DNA of 64,000 nucleotides from Haliotis cracherodii (Eukaryota): positions 11,408,001 to 11,472,000 of the forward strand of contig NW_027266275.1 in the NCBI RefSeq assembly GCF_022045235.1, in the 5' to 3' direction. Numbering within the stretch: position 1 is the stretch's first letter; each line of letters starts with the position of its first letter. Made by a program: the position numbers and the translations under genes. Positions 27,240-38,308 of this stretch are shown here, piece by piece. The notes below the pieces were generated by a model. That model was not told the DNA's origin. It was given only the letters and a program-made list of their open reading frames with translations, and did not search any database.

Positions 27240-28135
27240 CATTTCATACATAAACAGTTCCATATTTCTGAGAGGCATTACTAATAGTTACAAGAAAGTA
27301 AGTCGTATAGTCAAAGATTCCTTGACATATGTTGCTAAATTCATAAGGATAAGGAGAACTGCTATCTACTAGTTTCTTATAGGAGCAGAATGTTTGATTT
27401 TCATAGCAGTTTCTTACTGTAGTATTTTATCAGAAACATCCTGGATATTACACTCACGCAAACGTTTCTTGAATACTCTCAAAATGAGATTTATATCACC
27501 ACTGTTCTGGGATAGCCAGACATCACCAAAACCGAAACTGAAGAGTAAATATCAAAGACAGTTTGACCATGTTTTCACACCGGCTTCATTCAACGTTTTC
27601 ATTAAAAGATATACTATCTAGGATATTCACTATCACCCATACACAAACGTTTACATCAATATTTAATACATTTAAAATGATAATCTACATACAGTTGTCT
27701 TTTACTATATTCTGCTAAAATAGCACTTCTAGAAACATATTGACTTACTCCCAACACATATTTACAGAGGTTAGCATAAAACGATTCTAAAACTGGGTAT
27801 TGCTGACAACACCACACCTCTACCCCATACAATATAATAGGCTATATTGTAGTGCCAAGCAGTTCAAATAAAATAGTTACAGGCATCAGTGGGAATTTAT
27901 ATTATGACATTGATATGAAACAAAGCTAATAATCAATGTGTCTATACACTTTGACCAGGACAGTCGATTAGATTGCAGAACACCTGGGTAATTGCTGTAT
28001 GTACATGTCACTGTTTTTGGAACGTCACTCATAAACCATTTTTATAATGCCTTAGTGTACCCCCATTTCTGAATACCATTTCTTCTGTTTTATCCAAATT
28101 AACCTGTAGACCCCATTTTTTTCAAGAATGGTAAA
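27240..28135 (-). mobile_element. Decayed LINE ORF2 3' region (CR1/L2-superfamily-like); partial copy 39631-40235
   Basis: GLQVNL(D/H)KTE.., PIILYGVEVW and LCKYVLGVSQYVSRSAILAE motifs of the post-RT region. Confidence 0.7.
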
Positions 28136-28184
28136 TTTTCTTGGTAGCTCCAAAACACTATCATCAATCAAGCATAAATAAGGA

Positions 28185-29070
28185 CTGGTACAATCGAGCA
28201 TGCTCCTTCCACCGGGATTTCGGGATGCGACACTTGTACAGAAGTTGTTTGATCACGGTTACAACATTCAAGTCCTCAGTAAAGCTTTCAAAACGTTATA
28301 TGGTAGATAGTTGGATAACATCAGCATCAGTGACAAGAAGAAATCAACGTTATCAATATCCACTGCCATGTGGCACATTAGAATTTGTTTGTTCATGTAG
28401 TAGTGAATATTAACTATAAAATGAGTCCCATAAAGCCTTAAGAAGAGCTTGGCACGTGCACTAAACGTGAAATTAACCTACAAAATAATTTATAGCCCAC
28501 ATTTTTGAACTCCGTAACTGTGCATGCTCAAAATCTAAAAAACATGTAGCAAGGGAAGTAACTCTGGCCAAATATCATTTACGGAAACACTTTTCTTGAC
28601 AAGTATCTCTCACATAAGTATAGAAACTTTTATTCGTGTAACTTAAGGAGTTTCTGAGAAAACCTGTACCCATTTCACGCAGTTTGCAGAAGGTTGAAAA
28701 GCATGGGGCAAGGGCTTTAACTTCCAATTTGCGAACTCATTAAAGATCAGTGCGTAAAATTTTATTTGTCTTACTAAAATAGTTTAGGAGAGAATTTGTC
28801 CCCTTTGTGAAGCGGACGGAAAGACGGAAATACGGAGGGACGGACCGACGAACTTCGTTTCTGTATCCCGTCCCACTTCGTAGCGGGGTGATGTCCGAAG
28901 CAATTCCCTATTTATATTTCTACCATATGTTCACGGGTTTTTCAGTTTAAAAATTGACCTTTGCTCGTGCTTGTGACGGCTGCCATCGACGGGGTAGGAT
29001 ATGCTCACCTGTTCGCGAGCAATTGGTATCATCCAAAAATAACGGTGATTCAAGGAAGCATTCTCACTGC
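28185..29070 (+). mobile_element. PLE-like relic downstream of A1, interrupted by a HINE-like element (equivalents at 40285-41260 and 57280-57540)
   Basis: YNRACSFHRDFGMRH and QKLFDHGYNIQVLSKAFKTLYGR in adjacent frames. Confidence 0.65.
28500..28892. mobile_element. Non-autonomous Helentron/HINE-like element (copies 40600-40992 and truncated 57165-57275)
   Basis: Degenerate (GGAC)n tract followed by a terminal hairpin atcccc(g)..cttcgtgg..gggggata and an A-run. Confidence 0.5.
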
Positions 29071-29156
29071 ACATTTTCGATTCATTCCCCTCACACGCCA
29101 TCCAGAGACGAAAGCACTACATCTGACAAACCCTTCCATCAATAATCACTCCCAGA

Positions 29157-30805
29157 CTATGTAAGGATAAATGTCTTGATTTCCCTTTTACAAGTAACAA
29201 GAACTGAGTCATGTTTGTCAATGCAGAGACTCAATGGCTGGTTGATGCCATCCTTTGATGTGAGGACATCGCTGACATATTCCCCTGTCTCGCTTAGTTG
29301 TATCATCGTCTCGGCGTCGTTGTCTACAAACATGATATCTCCTTTTTTGGTGGTTGAGATACCAGCAGGAATACTGAGAGCTTTGGCTCCGGTAGGGGCG
29401 TATCTCCAAACAACATCCCCATCTGACGTCACACATGTCACAGACTTCTTCGCCCAGTCAGACACGAGAATGTTGCCCTTGTTGTTGACACACATATAGG
29501 CCGGGTAGGTAAACAGTGTCTCATTGTTGTGTGTAGTGACTGACCTAAGCACGTTTCCTGCCATGTCAAGGATATCAACACAGGCGCTACCACCTGCTGC
29601 CAGAGATGAAGGACTCAGAACAGCGAGACTGTAGTACATCGTGCGTGTTGTGATGGTTGCGAGCAGCACCAGGTCAGGGGTCACTTCTACTGTTACAATA
29701 TGGCGGGATGCAGGGACAACAACCATCACCTGCTTCTCCTTCAACTGCGTTACTCCCCATGGAGAGACATCCAGGGTGAGTCTACTTTGACATGCTTGAT
29801 TGTTTCTCGTGAAGAAAGATTTTACACACATGTTGGTGTAGTCTGTAACAACAATTGTCTGCATCCCATCTACATTAAGTTCTGTGATGCCAGGCATACT
29901 AGGTACCCCCTGGTCATCCTCTGGGGTCGCATCAAGTGTGTGGAACAACACAGGTGAACACTTCAGACGAGGTCCATCTCGATATCTGACGTCAATCTTC
30001 CCCAGCTGTAGGTCATCTAGGATGTGCTGGACGTTGTCAGTGTCAGGTGTAAACCTGATGTCATCTATTCTCCGTGTGTCTGCTGTGTCTGTGTCCCTGA
30101 CGTCCCCCAACTCTACAGCACCCGACTCCCAGGCCTGATATGCGTCATACAGGTCCATCTCACAGTCCGATACCAAGGCCTGGTCAATGAACTCACAATG
30201 TTGTCTGTACATCTGCATCTCAATCTCTTCAAGCTTTACATCAGCTTCGGTCTGAATGATGTGTCTTTCTGTTATTTCATCTAATTCATCTAACAGCTTC
30301 TGTTCCTTCTGTCTGATGTACTCTATGGCCTTATGAGTTATACGATTAACCTGCTCTTTTGCTGCCACTTTGTCGTCTTTAATTTTATTTATTTCGAATT
30401 TATGTCTCTCTATTCTATTGCTTTTGCCATGACATTTTGTCCGAAAGATGTCACTTCGCAAAGTTAACTCCGATTTCATTCTTGCCACTTGTGAATTGAT
30501 TGTGACGACATACTCACATTTCCTGTGGTAGACCACACAGCAGGACTGACACAGTGACTTGTTACAGTCTTTACAGATATATTTGACTTGCTCATCCTTG
30601 TGTTCTTGACACATGACCTTTCGTCTCTTCATCACCTTGATATCTCCAGACAGGTCACACAGTACGTGATCACGAGATGAGGGACAAGCACGATGCATCT
30701 TGACACACCTTTCACAGAGAGTAACTTCACAGTCTGGACACCAGGAGATCGCTGGAGTTGTCTCCCCTAGCTGGCCACATAATGTGCAACATTTAGCACC
30801 TGTGT
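29157..30805 (-). CDS. TRIM-NHL gene A1, coding exon 2 (B-box1, B-box2, coiled coil, six NHL blades; no filamin domain)
   Basis: Acceptor ttctttTACAG|AC fits phase 1. CTLC..WCPDC..LCERC..H and CQEH..CKDC..LCQSC..HRKC B-boxes, coiled coil, NHL repeats (YPAYMCVNNKGNILVSD), TAG at 29157. Confidence 0.92.
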
Positions 30806-31463
30806 CTGTAAAAGAAACAATTGGGCATAATTTCTACACATATATGAATGTAAATAGAAAAACCTTCATCTGGAATTCGATCTCACTTTCACAGAACTTA
30901 GAAGTACATCAACCATATAAAATGTGGTTGTACCTAGCGTGAGGGAACAAACGAGGCTTATCAGTGTTAGCCATTATTGGTAGTCCAATAGATATCGTTA
31001 CTTGGCGTGGGGACCCGTGAAGATCCAGGGTAGCATAATAGGTCCTAACCCAGGCTTGTCGTAAGAGGTGACTAAGGGGATCTGGTGGTCAGACTTGCTG
31101 ATTAGCTTGATGCATGTCATTGCATCCCAATTGCGTGGATTGATGCTCATGATATCACTCACTGGATTGTGTGGTACAGACTCGATTAATTACAGACCGT
31201 CGTCATACAGCTGGAATATTGCTGAGTGTGGCGTTAAACAGCAAAAACAAACCCCCAAATGGACGTGGGAAAACATGAAGACTTGCGTACGCAGTTAGTG
31301 ATGACAATACCAATAACATGTATCTAACATAGTAACTGTATTTTCATTCTTTAACAAATACATCCATATAACACATGTACACAAAAGCTAAAACAAGAAC
31401 GATGTTGTTGCATTGTGGAGTTCGCATCCTTAAAACTTATGTTAAATTGCGGGTGTGTCTAAC

Positions 31464-31645
31464 CTTCAAAAATATTTTCTGCTTGTGTGTCAATCAGCCC
31501 CTGTATAATGATGCTGGGTTTGACCTGCCCCTCCCGCTCCTCCCTGGCCTGCTGGGGTCGGGGACCTTGGTATCTTGTCGACAAAAGACACAGGGGATTG
31601 TCTTGGACCGAACAGCATGTGGTCTGGTTTGGATGTAAGCAGTGT
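31464..31645 (-). pseudogene. Decayed 3' half of an A3-type RING exon inside the A1 intron
   Basis: Reads YIQTRPHAVRSKTIPCVFCRQDTKVPDPSRP-(1-nt deletion)-EEREGQVKPSIIIQGLIDTQAENIFE, then G|GTTAGACACACCC, like the A3 donor G|GTAAGACACACCC. Confidence 0.85.
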
Positions 31646-31833
31646 ATGCCTTTGCATGTGTTTGTGTCGGGTGCCACCGGTGCGGCTCACCTTTTCGCGA
31701 ACACCTGGTATCATCACTATGTAATGGTAATTCATAAACTCATGCTCACGATATAGCCAGAATCGTACAATCGACTGTGTTTTCGGCAGAGATTCCTTAT
31801 GTATATGGAAAGGATTTTGTTGCTTGCATTTAC

Positions 31834-32131
31834 CTTCAGTAGAAGGTCGAGCTTGTGTGTCAATCAGCCCCTGTATAATGATGCTGGGTTTGATCTGCCC
31901 CGCCCACTCCTTCACTGGCCGGCTGGGATTGGGGGCCTTGGTATCTTGTCGACAGCAGGGACAGGGGATCGTCTTGGACTGTACAGCATCTGGTCTGATT
32001 TGGATGTATCCTGTGACACATTTCCTGCAGAATGTGTGATCACACCTCAGTGTACAGGGGTCTGTGTACAGCTCCTGGCAGATCACACAGTTGAGAAATT
32101 CCGTCACTTTCTCAGCTCGTGACGTCGCCAT
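31834..32131 (-). CDS. TRIM-NHL gene A1, coding exon 1 (C3HC4 RING); joins 29157-30805 to give 648 aa
   Basis: MATSRAEKVTEFLNCVICQELYTDPCTLRCDHTFCRKC...CPCCRQ. Acceptor ttttacag|ATG, donor GAAG|GTAAAT, 298 nt, phase 1. Confidence 0.9.
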
Positions 32132-33049
32132 CTGTAAAACAAAACATGACAATATGAGATCTGGCAGAATCACTTTTTACATTTTCAGGAGATCCTTTAG
32201 TTGCTCAGCTCGAAATATAACAATGACAATTAAAAGCTAATACGATTTTAGCATTTAACTCTCGATTTATTTGGAAACATTTATTTACAGATTAATATTG
32301 TACACCTAAAATAACAGTATAAAACTCCTGGAAGTATGGTGTGAGAGTTTCCAGTAGAAAACCATGAAGGGAGATACACTGTACACGTATGTACATAGCT
32401 GCTGCTGAAACATTAACATACTTGCACCGTGTGTTTAAAATTGATAACCAGTACCTATGCAAGATAGGTGTACACACAAAGTGTACCTAAATAGAGAAAT
32501 TGATAGCAGTGTATATTGTTGTAGAGACGGTAGAGACGGTGTTGCGCTGCTTATATCACATTCCAGCCATTATTCCAATTAGAGGAGGCGCCGAAATGGC
32601 CATCCAGGTAGTGTATGTGTGGACTACATTGTTTCAACAGAACGTCCAATTATTGTTAAAAGCTACATATTAAATCTTGCCAACACAGTCCAATGTCCCT
32701 GAGTAACAGACAATGCTCGCACTGTCACGATACAAGGGAGGTAACTGTGAAGGTTAGTGTCGGGGGCAAAGATACATGCTTTTATTGCGGCAATATTTCA
32801 TGAAGGACGAACAACTTCGTTCACCTGAAATAATAAACTAAAATGTGTTAGACAGCTGTAAAACTAACTCAAAACAGTAAGACAGTTAAACAGTAAGACA
32901 TAAAGTGTATGAACATACTTTGTGTCTCAGAATACGAAACAGAATCTCGCTCTACAAGTCCTTTTGTCGGTTTCTTTAAGTATAAAGGGTCATGAATGAG
33001 CTTGTTCACAAGACAAAATAAGTATTTAAAACACAAACCGTATACAAGT

Positions 33050-33320
33050 TGATACTGTATGTTGCTAGTTGACGAATTTAATAATCCTTTATCATGTGCA
33101 CTGTCAGCTTCAATTTATTTCCTTGAAGTCTTGAAATAACCAACTCCTGCAGAGATACACACCTGTGTCCACCTGCCGCTTTCGCATAACATACAAGGGA
33201 GGTAACTGCAAAACCTCGACTTGCGGTGATTGGTAAAGTATCAGTGCTGATGACCACGTAGGTCCTTGGATCGAATCAGGGCCGATTGCCATAGGCGGGT
33301 GCGATATCGACACATTGCAA
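33050..33320 (-). promoter_or_regulatory. Conserved upstream block, candidate promoter or non-coding exon 1 of the TRIM genes (homologs 39190-39470, 44810-45080, 51000-51280, 60560-60830)
   Basis: Every ATG is directly preceded by a splice acceptor, so a non-coding exon is expected upstream. This block (CTT(C/T)CG..ACAAGGGAGG(T/C)AACT) is conserved across A and B types. Confidence 0.45.
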
Positions 33321-34150
33321 TATTTAAGAAATAAACGACGAGTCGGTGTTGTTTGTCATACAATAAATACTGCAAGGAGAAAAAATAAACGAGGGATTAT
33401 GTCGTTTATTCCTGGTATATTCTCTCTGCATTGTTTCATGCTGTAGATTGTCACCAAATGACTTCTTTCACTTCAGGCCCAGGGCCCTTTGCATACATGT
33501 ATGTTTGTGTTAGAACGCTTTATAATCCTGTAGTGTGATTAGGGTTGAGGGACGAACACACATATTTATAGTAATTATGTTTGTCAACTGATTAGAATTG
33601 ATTAATAATTTTAATACGTTTAATCATGCTCCCTATTGCAAAAAACGTTGTGTGAAAGGACGTGTCTGGATATGTATTTCAACGGTGAAGTATAGGTTAA
33701 GTAATTTTCTTATTAAAACAGTTCACCACATTCACTATATCGGAAAGGAATAGTTAAAACACTGTTCGGTTTCTTCAGATTTACTGTCCATATTTCTATA
33801 TACATCTTGCATCTTATATTATTGGTAGTGGCGCTCGGTATGTTGTGTAAGCAGTTTTCAAATCACTGAAGCATAAACAAGGGCTGCACCTTGTACAGTT
33901 AACCTCCTGCATTCAATAATATATTCGGAGGTCTATATATTAATGTGTTTTCTTCCCAAGTTGTAGGTCATCTAGGATTTTACAGCGCTCTAATCCCTAT
34001 TGCAGTTATATCATGATGAGTCAGCTTGATGTGGAGTGTAAACACAAAGTGAAGCAGGTCTTAGACGTTTACCGTGGTGATGCCAAACAAAGTTAGATGA
34101 TCTGAGAGGTGAGGACTTCAACATGTCATTAGTCCATTCTGTTCTCCCTA

Positions 34151-34415
34151 GGGGGCACGGGTGGCCCAGTCGTCTAAGGCGCCGCGATTCGCTGTGCAGA
34201 GTTGCGTCCCTTGGGTACGCCAGAAACCTATGATTGTGGGTTCGAATCCCGGTTCGCTCCGATTATGTTTCTAGGTTTGTCAGTACCATACCCGTGCTCG
34301 TGGGTAAACGTCTGACACCTGCATCACTTGGGGCTTTCCTCCCACATTACGCTGACACGCCGTGATATAACTGGAATACTGTTAAAAGCGGCGTTAAACC
34401 CAACTCACTCACTCA
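34151..34415 (+). mobile_element. SINE family 2 copy (duplicated at 45919-46181; absent at the homologous site near 62310)
   Basis: 12-bp TSD ctgttctcccta. Confidence 0.88.
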
Positions 34416-35076
34416 CTGTTCTCCCTAAATTGTGAGATGAGATGAAATGGGGTTAAACGTCGCGTCCACGATCATTGCACTACATAGCGAAGTGCGTGCA
34501 CGTATGTGTGTGTGTGGGGCTGCTTGAATGTACTAGTCTGGACTAATGTCGATTTCATAGTGCTATCTCACTGAGGTACCATGCTGCATTCCACTCCAAC
34601 ACCCCACTCCAACACAGCCTATTGACTCCGAGCCAACTGTCATATCTTTAGCCCCTAAAAGTAGAGCGTCAGGCAGGGTAACATCAAGTACCATCTTTTC
34701 ACGTCTTTTGGCAGGACCCCGGACCTTCCGCTCTCTTAGCAGTCGCTCTACCACTAGACCACGGAGGCGGTTCTCCCTATTTGGCCTGAGCTACCTACTT
34801 GTATATGTCAGTAGAACAGTTCTCGTTTTGTATCCATCTGATGAAGTGGTAAATCGTTTTGGGGCAGATATCTTAGATTGGTATTCGTTTTATATTAACT
34901 GGATTACAGCAGAAGTCCAACACCGCCATTGTGGACACCTTCAACTGTGCCGTAAATACATGTGTCCTGTAGAACAAATTGACAAAACGTGTAGCCATCC
35001 TAACACAGCACTGCAACAGCAATTGATGTACACCAACTATCACATACAAGTGGTTAAGTGATTTCCATGATTCAGA

Positions 35077-35258
35077 GGGGCAGTAGGATAGCCTAGTGGT
35101 TAAACCGTTCTCTCGTCAGACCGAAGACCCGGGTTCGATTGCCGACATGGGTACAATGTGTGAAGCCAATTTCTGGTGTCCCCCGCCTTGATATTGCTGG
35201 AATATTGCTTAAAGCGGCGTAAACCATACTCACTCATTCACTGACTGACTCACTCACT
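35077..35258 (+). mobile_element. SINE family 1 copy (same insertion duplicated at 46862-47044 and 62937-63115)
   Basis: A/B boxes; TSD tccatgattc(a/t)ga present in all three units. Confidence 0.85.
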
Positions 35259-35836
35259 CCATGATTCTGATACCTGTACAAGTGGATCTGGTGTTGATTT
35301 CACAATCCCTATGCTTTCATCTGTCTACAAGAACATCTCTAAATATATATGAATCAAAACTGACAAACACAACAGCAAATTATTGATAGGAAATGTAAAC
35401 ATTTAATACTCATCATATATTTAATATATTATCTCAAATCTTACATGTAAACATGAGCTTCGCATGACAGAAATCCACTCACAGTAATGATTTCAGCTTC
35501 GAAAATGAATTGATAATTGCAAAATATTTTATTGTTACAAGTGATTTGGGCCTAATGCCCATGAGAGGCTGTTTCCTGGCTCGGAGAAGGGACGCAACTC
35601 TTCACAGCACACAGGAATGCCTCCTACCACTTGGTCACCCGTGTCTACTCTTATTCGTTTGCCGTTCAAGTTCCATATGGTGTCATGCAGGCCGCCCATA
35701 TGCAGCTGAGACATGACAATGTGCATCTTAATACATGTTGTCCTTCCCCGTCATCCCCTCCCTTTCATCCTTACACATCATCCCGAGATGTGAGAACTCA
35801 CTCCGACAAACCCCTTCATCGATATACATTCACATA

Positions 35837-37479
35837 CTATGTGAAAACAAATGTCTTGATTTCCCCTCCACCAGTTACAAGAACTGAGTCATGTTTGTCA
35901 ATGCACAGACTAATTGGCTGATTGATGCCATCCTGAGATGTGAGGACATCGCTGACATATTCCCCTGTCTCGGTTAGCTGTATAATAGTCACGGCGATCT
36001 TGTCTACAAACATGATATCTCCTGTGTTGGTTGTTAAGATACCAGTAGGCTTTCTGAGTGCTCTATCTCCGGTAGGGGCGTATCTCCACACGACATCCCC
36101 ATCTGAAGTCAAACATGTGACAGACTTCTTGCAGCAGTCAGACACGAGTATGTTGCCCTTGTTGTTGACACACATATAGGCGGGGTAGGCAAAGAGTGTC
36201 TCGTTGTTGTGTGTAGTGACTGACCTCAGCACTTGTCCTGTCATGTCCAGGATATCAAGACAGTCCCAAGTACCTGCTGCCAGAGATGAAGGACCCAGAA
36301 CAGCGAGACTGGCGTAGCCCTTGCTTGTTGTGATGGTTGAGTTCAGTACCAGGTCTTGGGACACCTCTACTGTTAGAATCTTTCGTGAGCCAGGGACAGC
36401 AACTATCACCTCTTTATCCGTCAACCGTGTTAGGCCAAATGGAGAGTCATCCAGGGGAAGTTTACTTTGAGATGGTTGATCGTTTCTGTTGTAGAAAGAT
36501 TTCACACACTTGTTGGTGTAGTCCGTAACAACAATTGTCTGTATGCCATCTACATAAAGTGCTGTGACACCAGGCATTCTAGGTATCCCTTCGTCATCCT
36601 CTGAGGTCGCATCAAGTGTGTGGAACAACACTGGTGAACACTTCAGTCCATCTCCATATGTGACGTCAATCTCCCCCAGCTGTAGGTCATCTAGGATGTG
36701 CTGGACGTTGTCAGTGTCAGGTGTAAACCTGATGTCATCTATTCTGTGTGTGTCTGCTGTGTCTGTGTCCCTGACGTCCCCCAACTCTACAGCACCCGAT
36801 TCCCAGGCCTGATACGCTTCATACAGGTCCATCTCACAGTCCGATACCAAGGCCTGGTCAATGAACTCACAATGTTGTCTGTACATCTGCATCTCAATCT
36901 CTTCAAGCTTTACATCAGCATGAGTCTGAATGACTTGTTTGTCTGTTATTTCATCCACTTCATCCAACAGCTTTTGTTCCTTCAGCCTGATGTGCTGTAT
37001 CATTTTATTGGCGTAAAGATGGATTTGTTCTTTAGTGGCCAATTTCTTTTCTTTTATTTGATCTAATCTCAACGTATGTCTCTCTATCCTTTTACCTTTG
37101 CCATGATATTTAGTCTGCAAGATATTTCTTTTCATAGTCAACTGTGACTTCATTCTTTCTACTTGTGAATTGATTGTGACGACAGAGTCACATTTCCTGT
37201 GGTAGACCACGCAGCATGACTGACACAGTGACTTGTTACAGTCTTTACAGATATATTTGACTTTCTTGTGCTTGTGCTCTTGACACATGATCTTGCGTCT
37301 CTGTTTAACCTTTACCTCCCCAGACAGGTCGCATAGTTCATGGTCACGAGATAAGGGACTAGCACGATGAATCTTGACACATCTTCCACAGAGGTTAACT
37401 TCACAGTCCGGACACCAGAAGGTCCCTGGAGTTGTCTCCCCTAGCTGCCCACATAACGTGCAGCACTTTGTAGTAGTGT
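35837..37479 (-). CDS. TRIM-NHL gene B1, coding exon 2 (B-box1/2, coiled coil, NHL propeller)
   Basis: Acceptor ttcattctCAG|AC; uninterrupted frame to TAG; paralog of A1 exon 2. Confidence 0.92.
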
Positions 37480-37619
37480 CTGAGAATGAAAATAACATCT
37501 TTTTGACAACGTGTCCATAAACCTATACATAAAAACAAATTGCACAATGACTTTTATATACAATTATATTTTTTAATGCATACATACATTTTCTGGCGCT
37601 AAACGTAACTCATTGATAA

Positions 37620-38000
37620 TATCTTTGTAAAATCTGGCGGTTAAACATTTCAGCAAGAGGTAGGCATGCCCATGGTACCAATTGTTTGCTCAGAAGTTGA
37701 TCAAGGTTACAACATTCAAGGCCTTAATAAAGCTTTCAAAAGGTGTTGAAAAAGATATGTGGAGGACATTTCCCAATTTGATTTGACTTATGTTGCCATG
37801 TTTTTTCATTTGAACAATTAACTTGCCTTTGCATGTGTTTGTGTCGGGTGCCACCGGTGCGGCTCACCTTTTCGCGAACACCTGGTATCATCACTATGTA
37901 ATGGTGATTCATAAACACATGCTGATGATATAGACGGAATCGTACAATCGACTCTGCTTTTGGCAGAGATTCCTAATGAATATGGAAAGGGTTTTGTCGC
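37620..38000 (+). mobile_element. PLE-like RT end and 3' UTR relic filling most of the B1 intron, antisense to the gene (also 49410-49800; shorter pieces 31648-31825 and 43407-43585)
   Basis: AQKL..QGYNIQGLNKAFKR translation plus the ctcaccttttcgcgaacacctggtatcatc motif. Confidence 0.7.
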
Positions 38001-38010
38001 TTGTATTTAC

Positions 38011-38308
38011 CTTCAGCAGAAGGTCCAGCTTGTGTGTCAATCAGCCCCTGTATAATGATGCTGGGTTTGATCTGCCCCGCCCACTCCTCCACTGGCCTGC
38101 TAGGGTCGGGGACCTTGGTATCTTGTCGACAGCAGGGACAGGGGATCGTCTTGGACTGTACAGCATCTGGTCTCGTTTGGATGTATCCTGTGACACATTT
38201 CCTGCAGAATGTGTGATCACACCTCAGTGTACAAGGGTCTTTGTACAGTTCCTGGCAGATCACACAGGTGAGGAATTCCATCACTTTTTCAGCCCGCGAC
38301 GTCGCCAT
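38011..38308 (-). CDS. TRIM-NHL gene B1, coding exon 1 (RING); joins 35837-37479 to give 646 aa
   Basis: Same 298-nt RING exon, cag|ATG start, GAAG|GTAAAT donor. Confidence 0.9.

Noticed and set aside
29176-30284. Conserved plus-strand ORFs overlapping the TRIM exons
   Set aside because: Antisense shadows that recur only because the genes are duplicated.
31490-32173. 227-aa RING-only protein (also 43249-43932, 49535-50107 and 59727-60164 read-throughs)
   Set aside because: ORF-finder read-through past a conserved phase-1 donor into intron and TE sequence; the spliced model fits all five genes.
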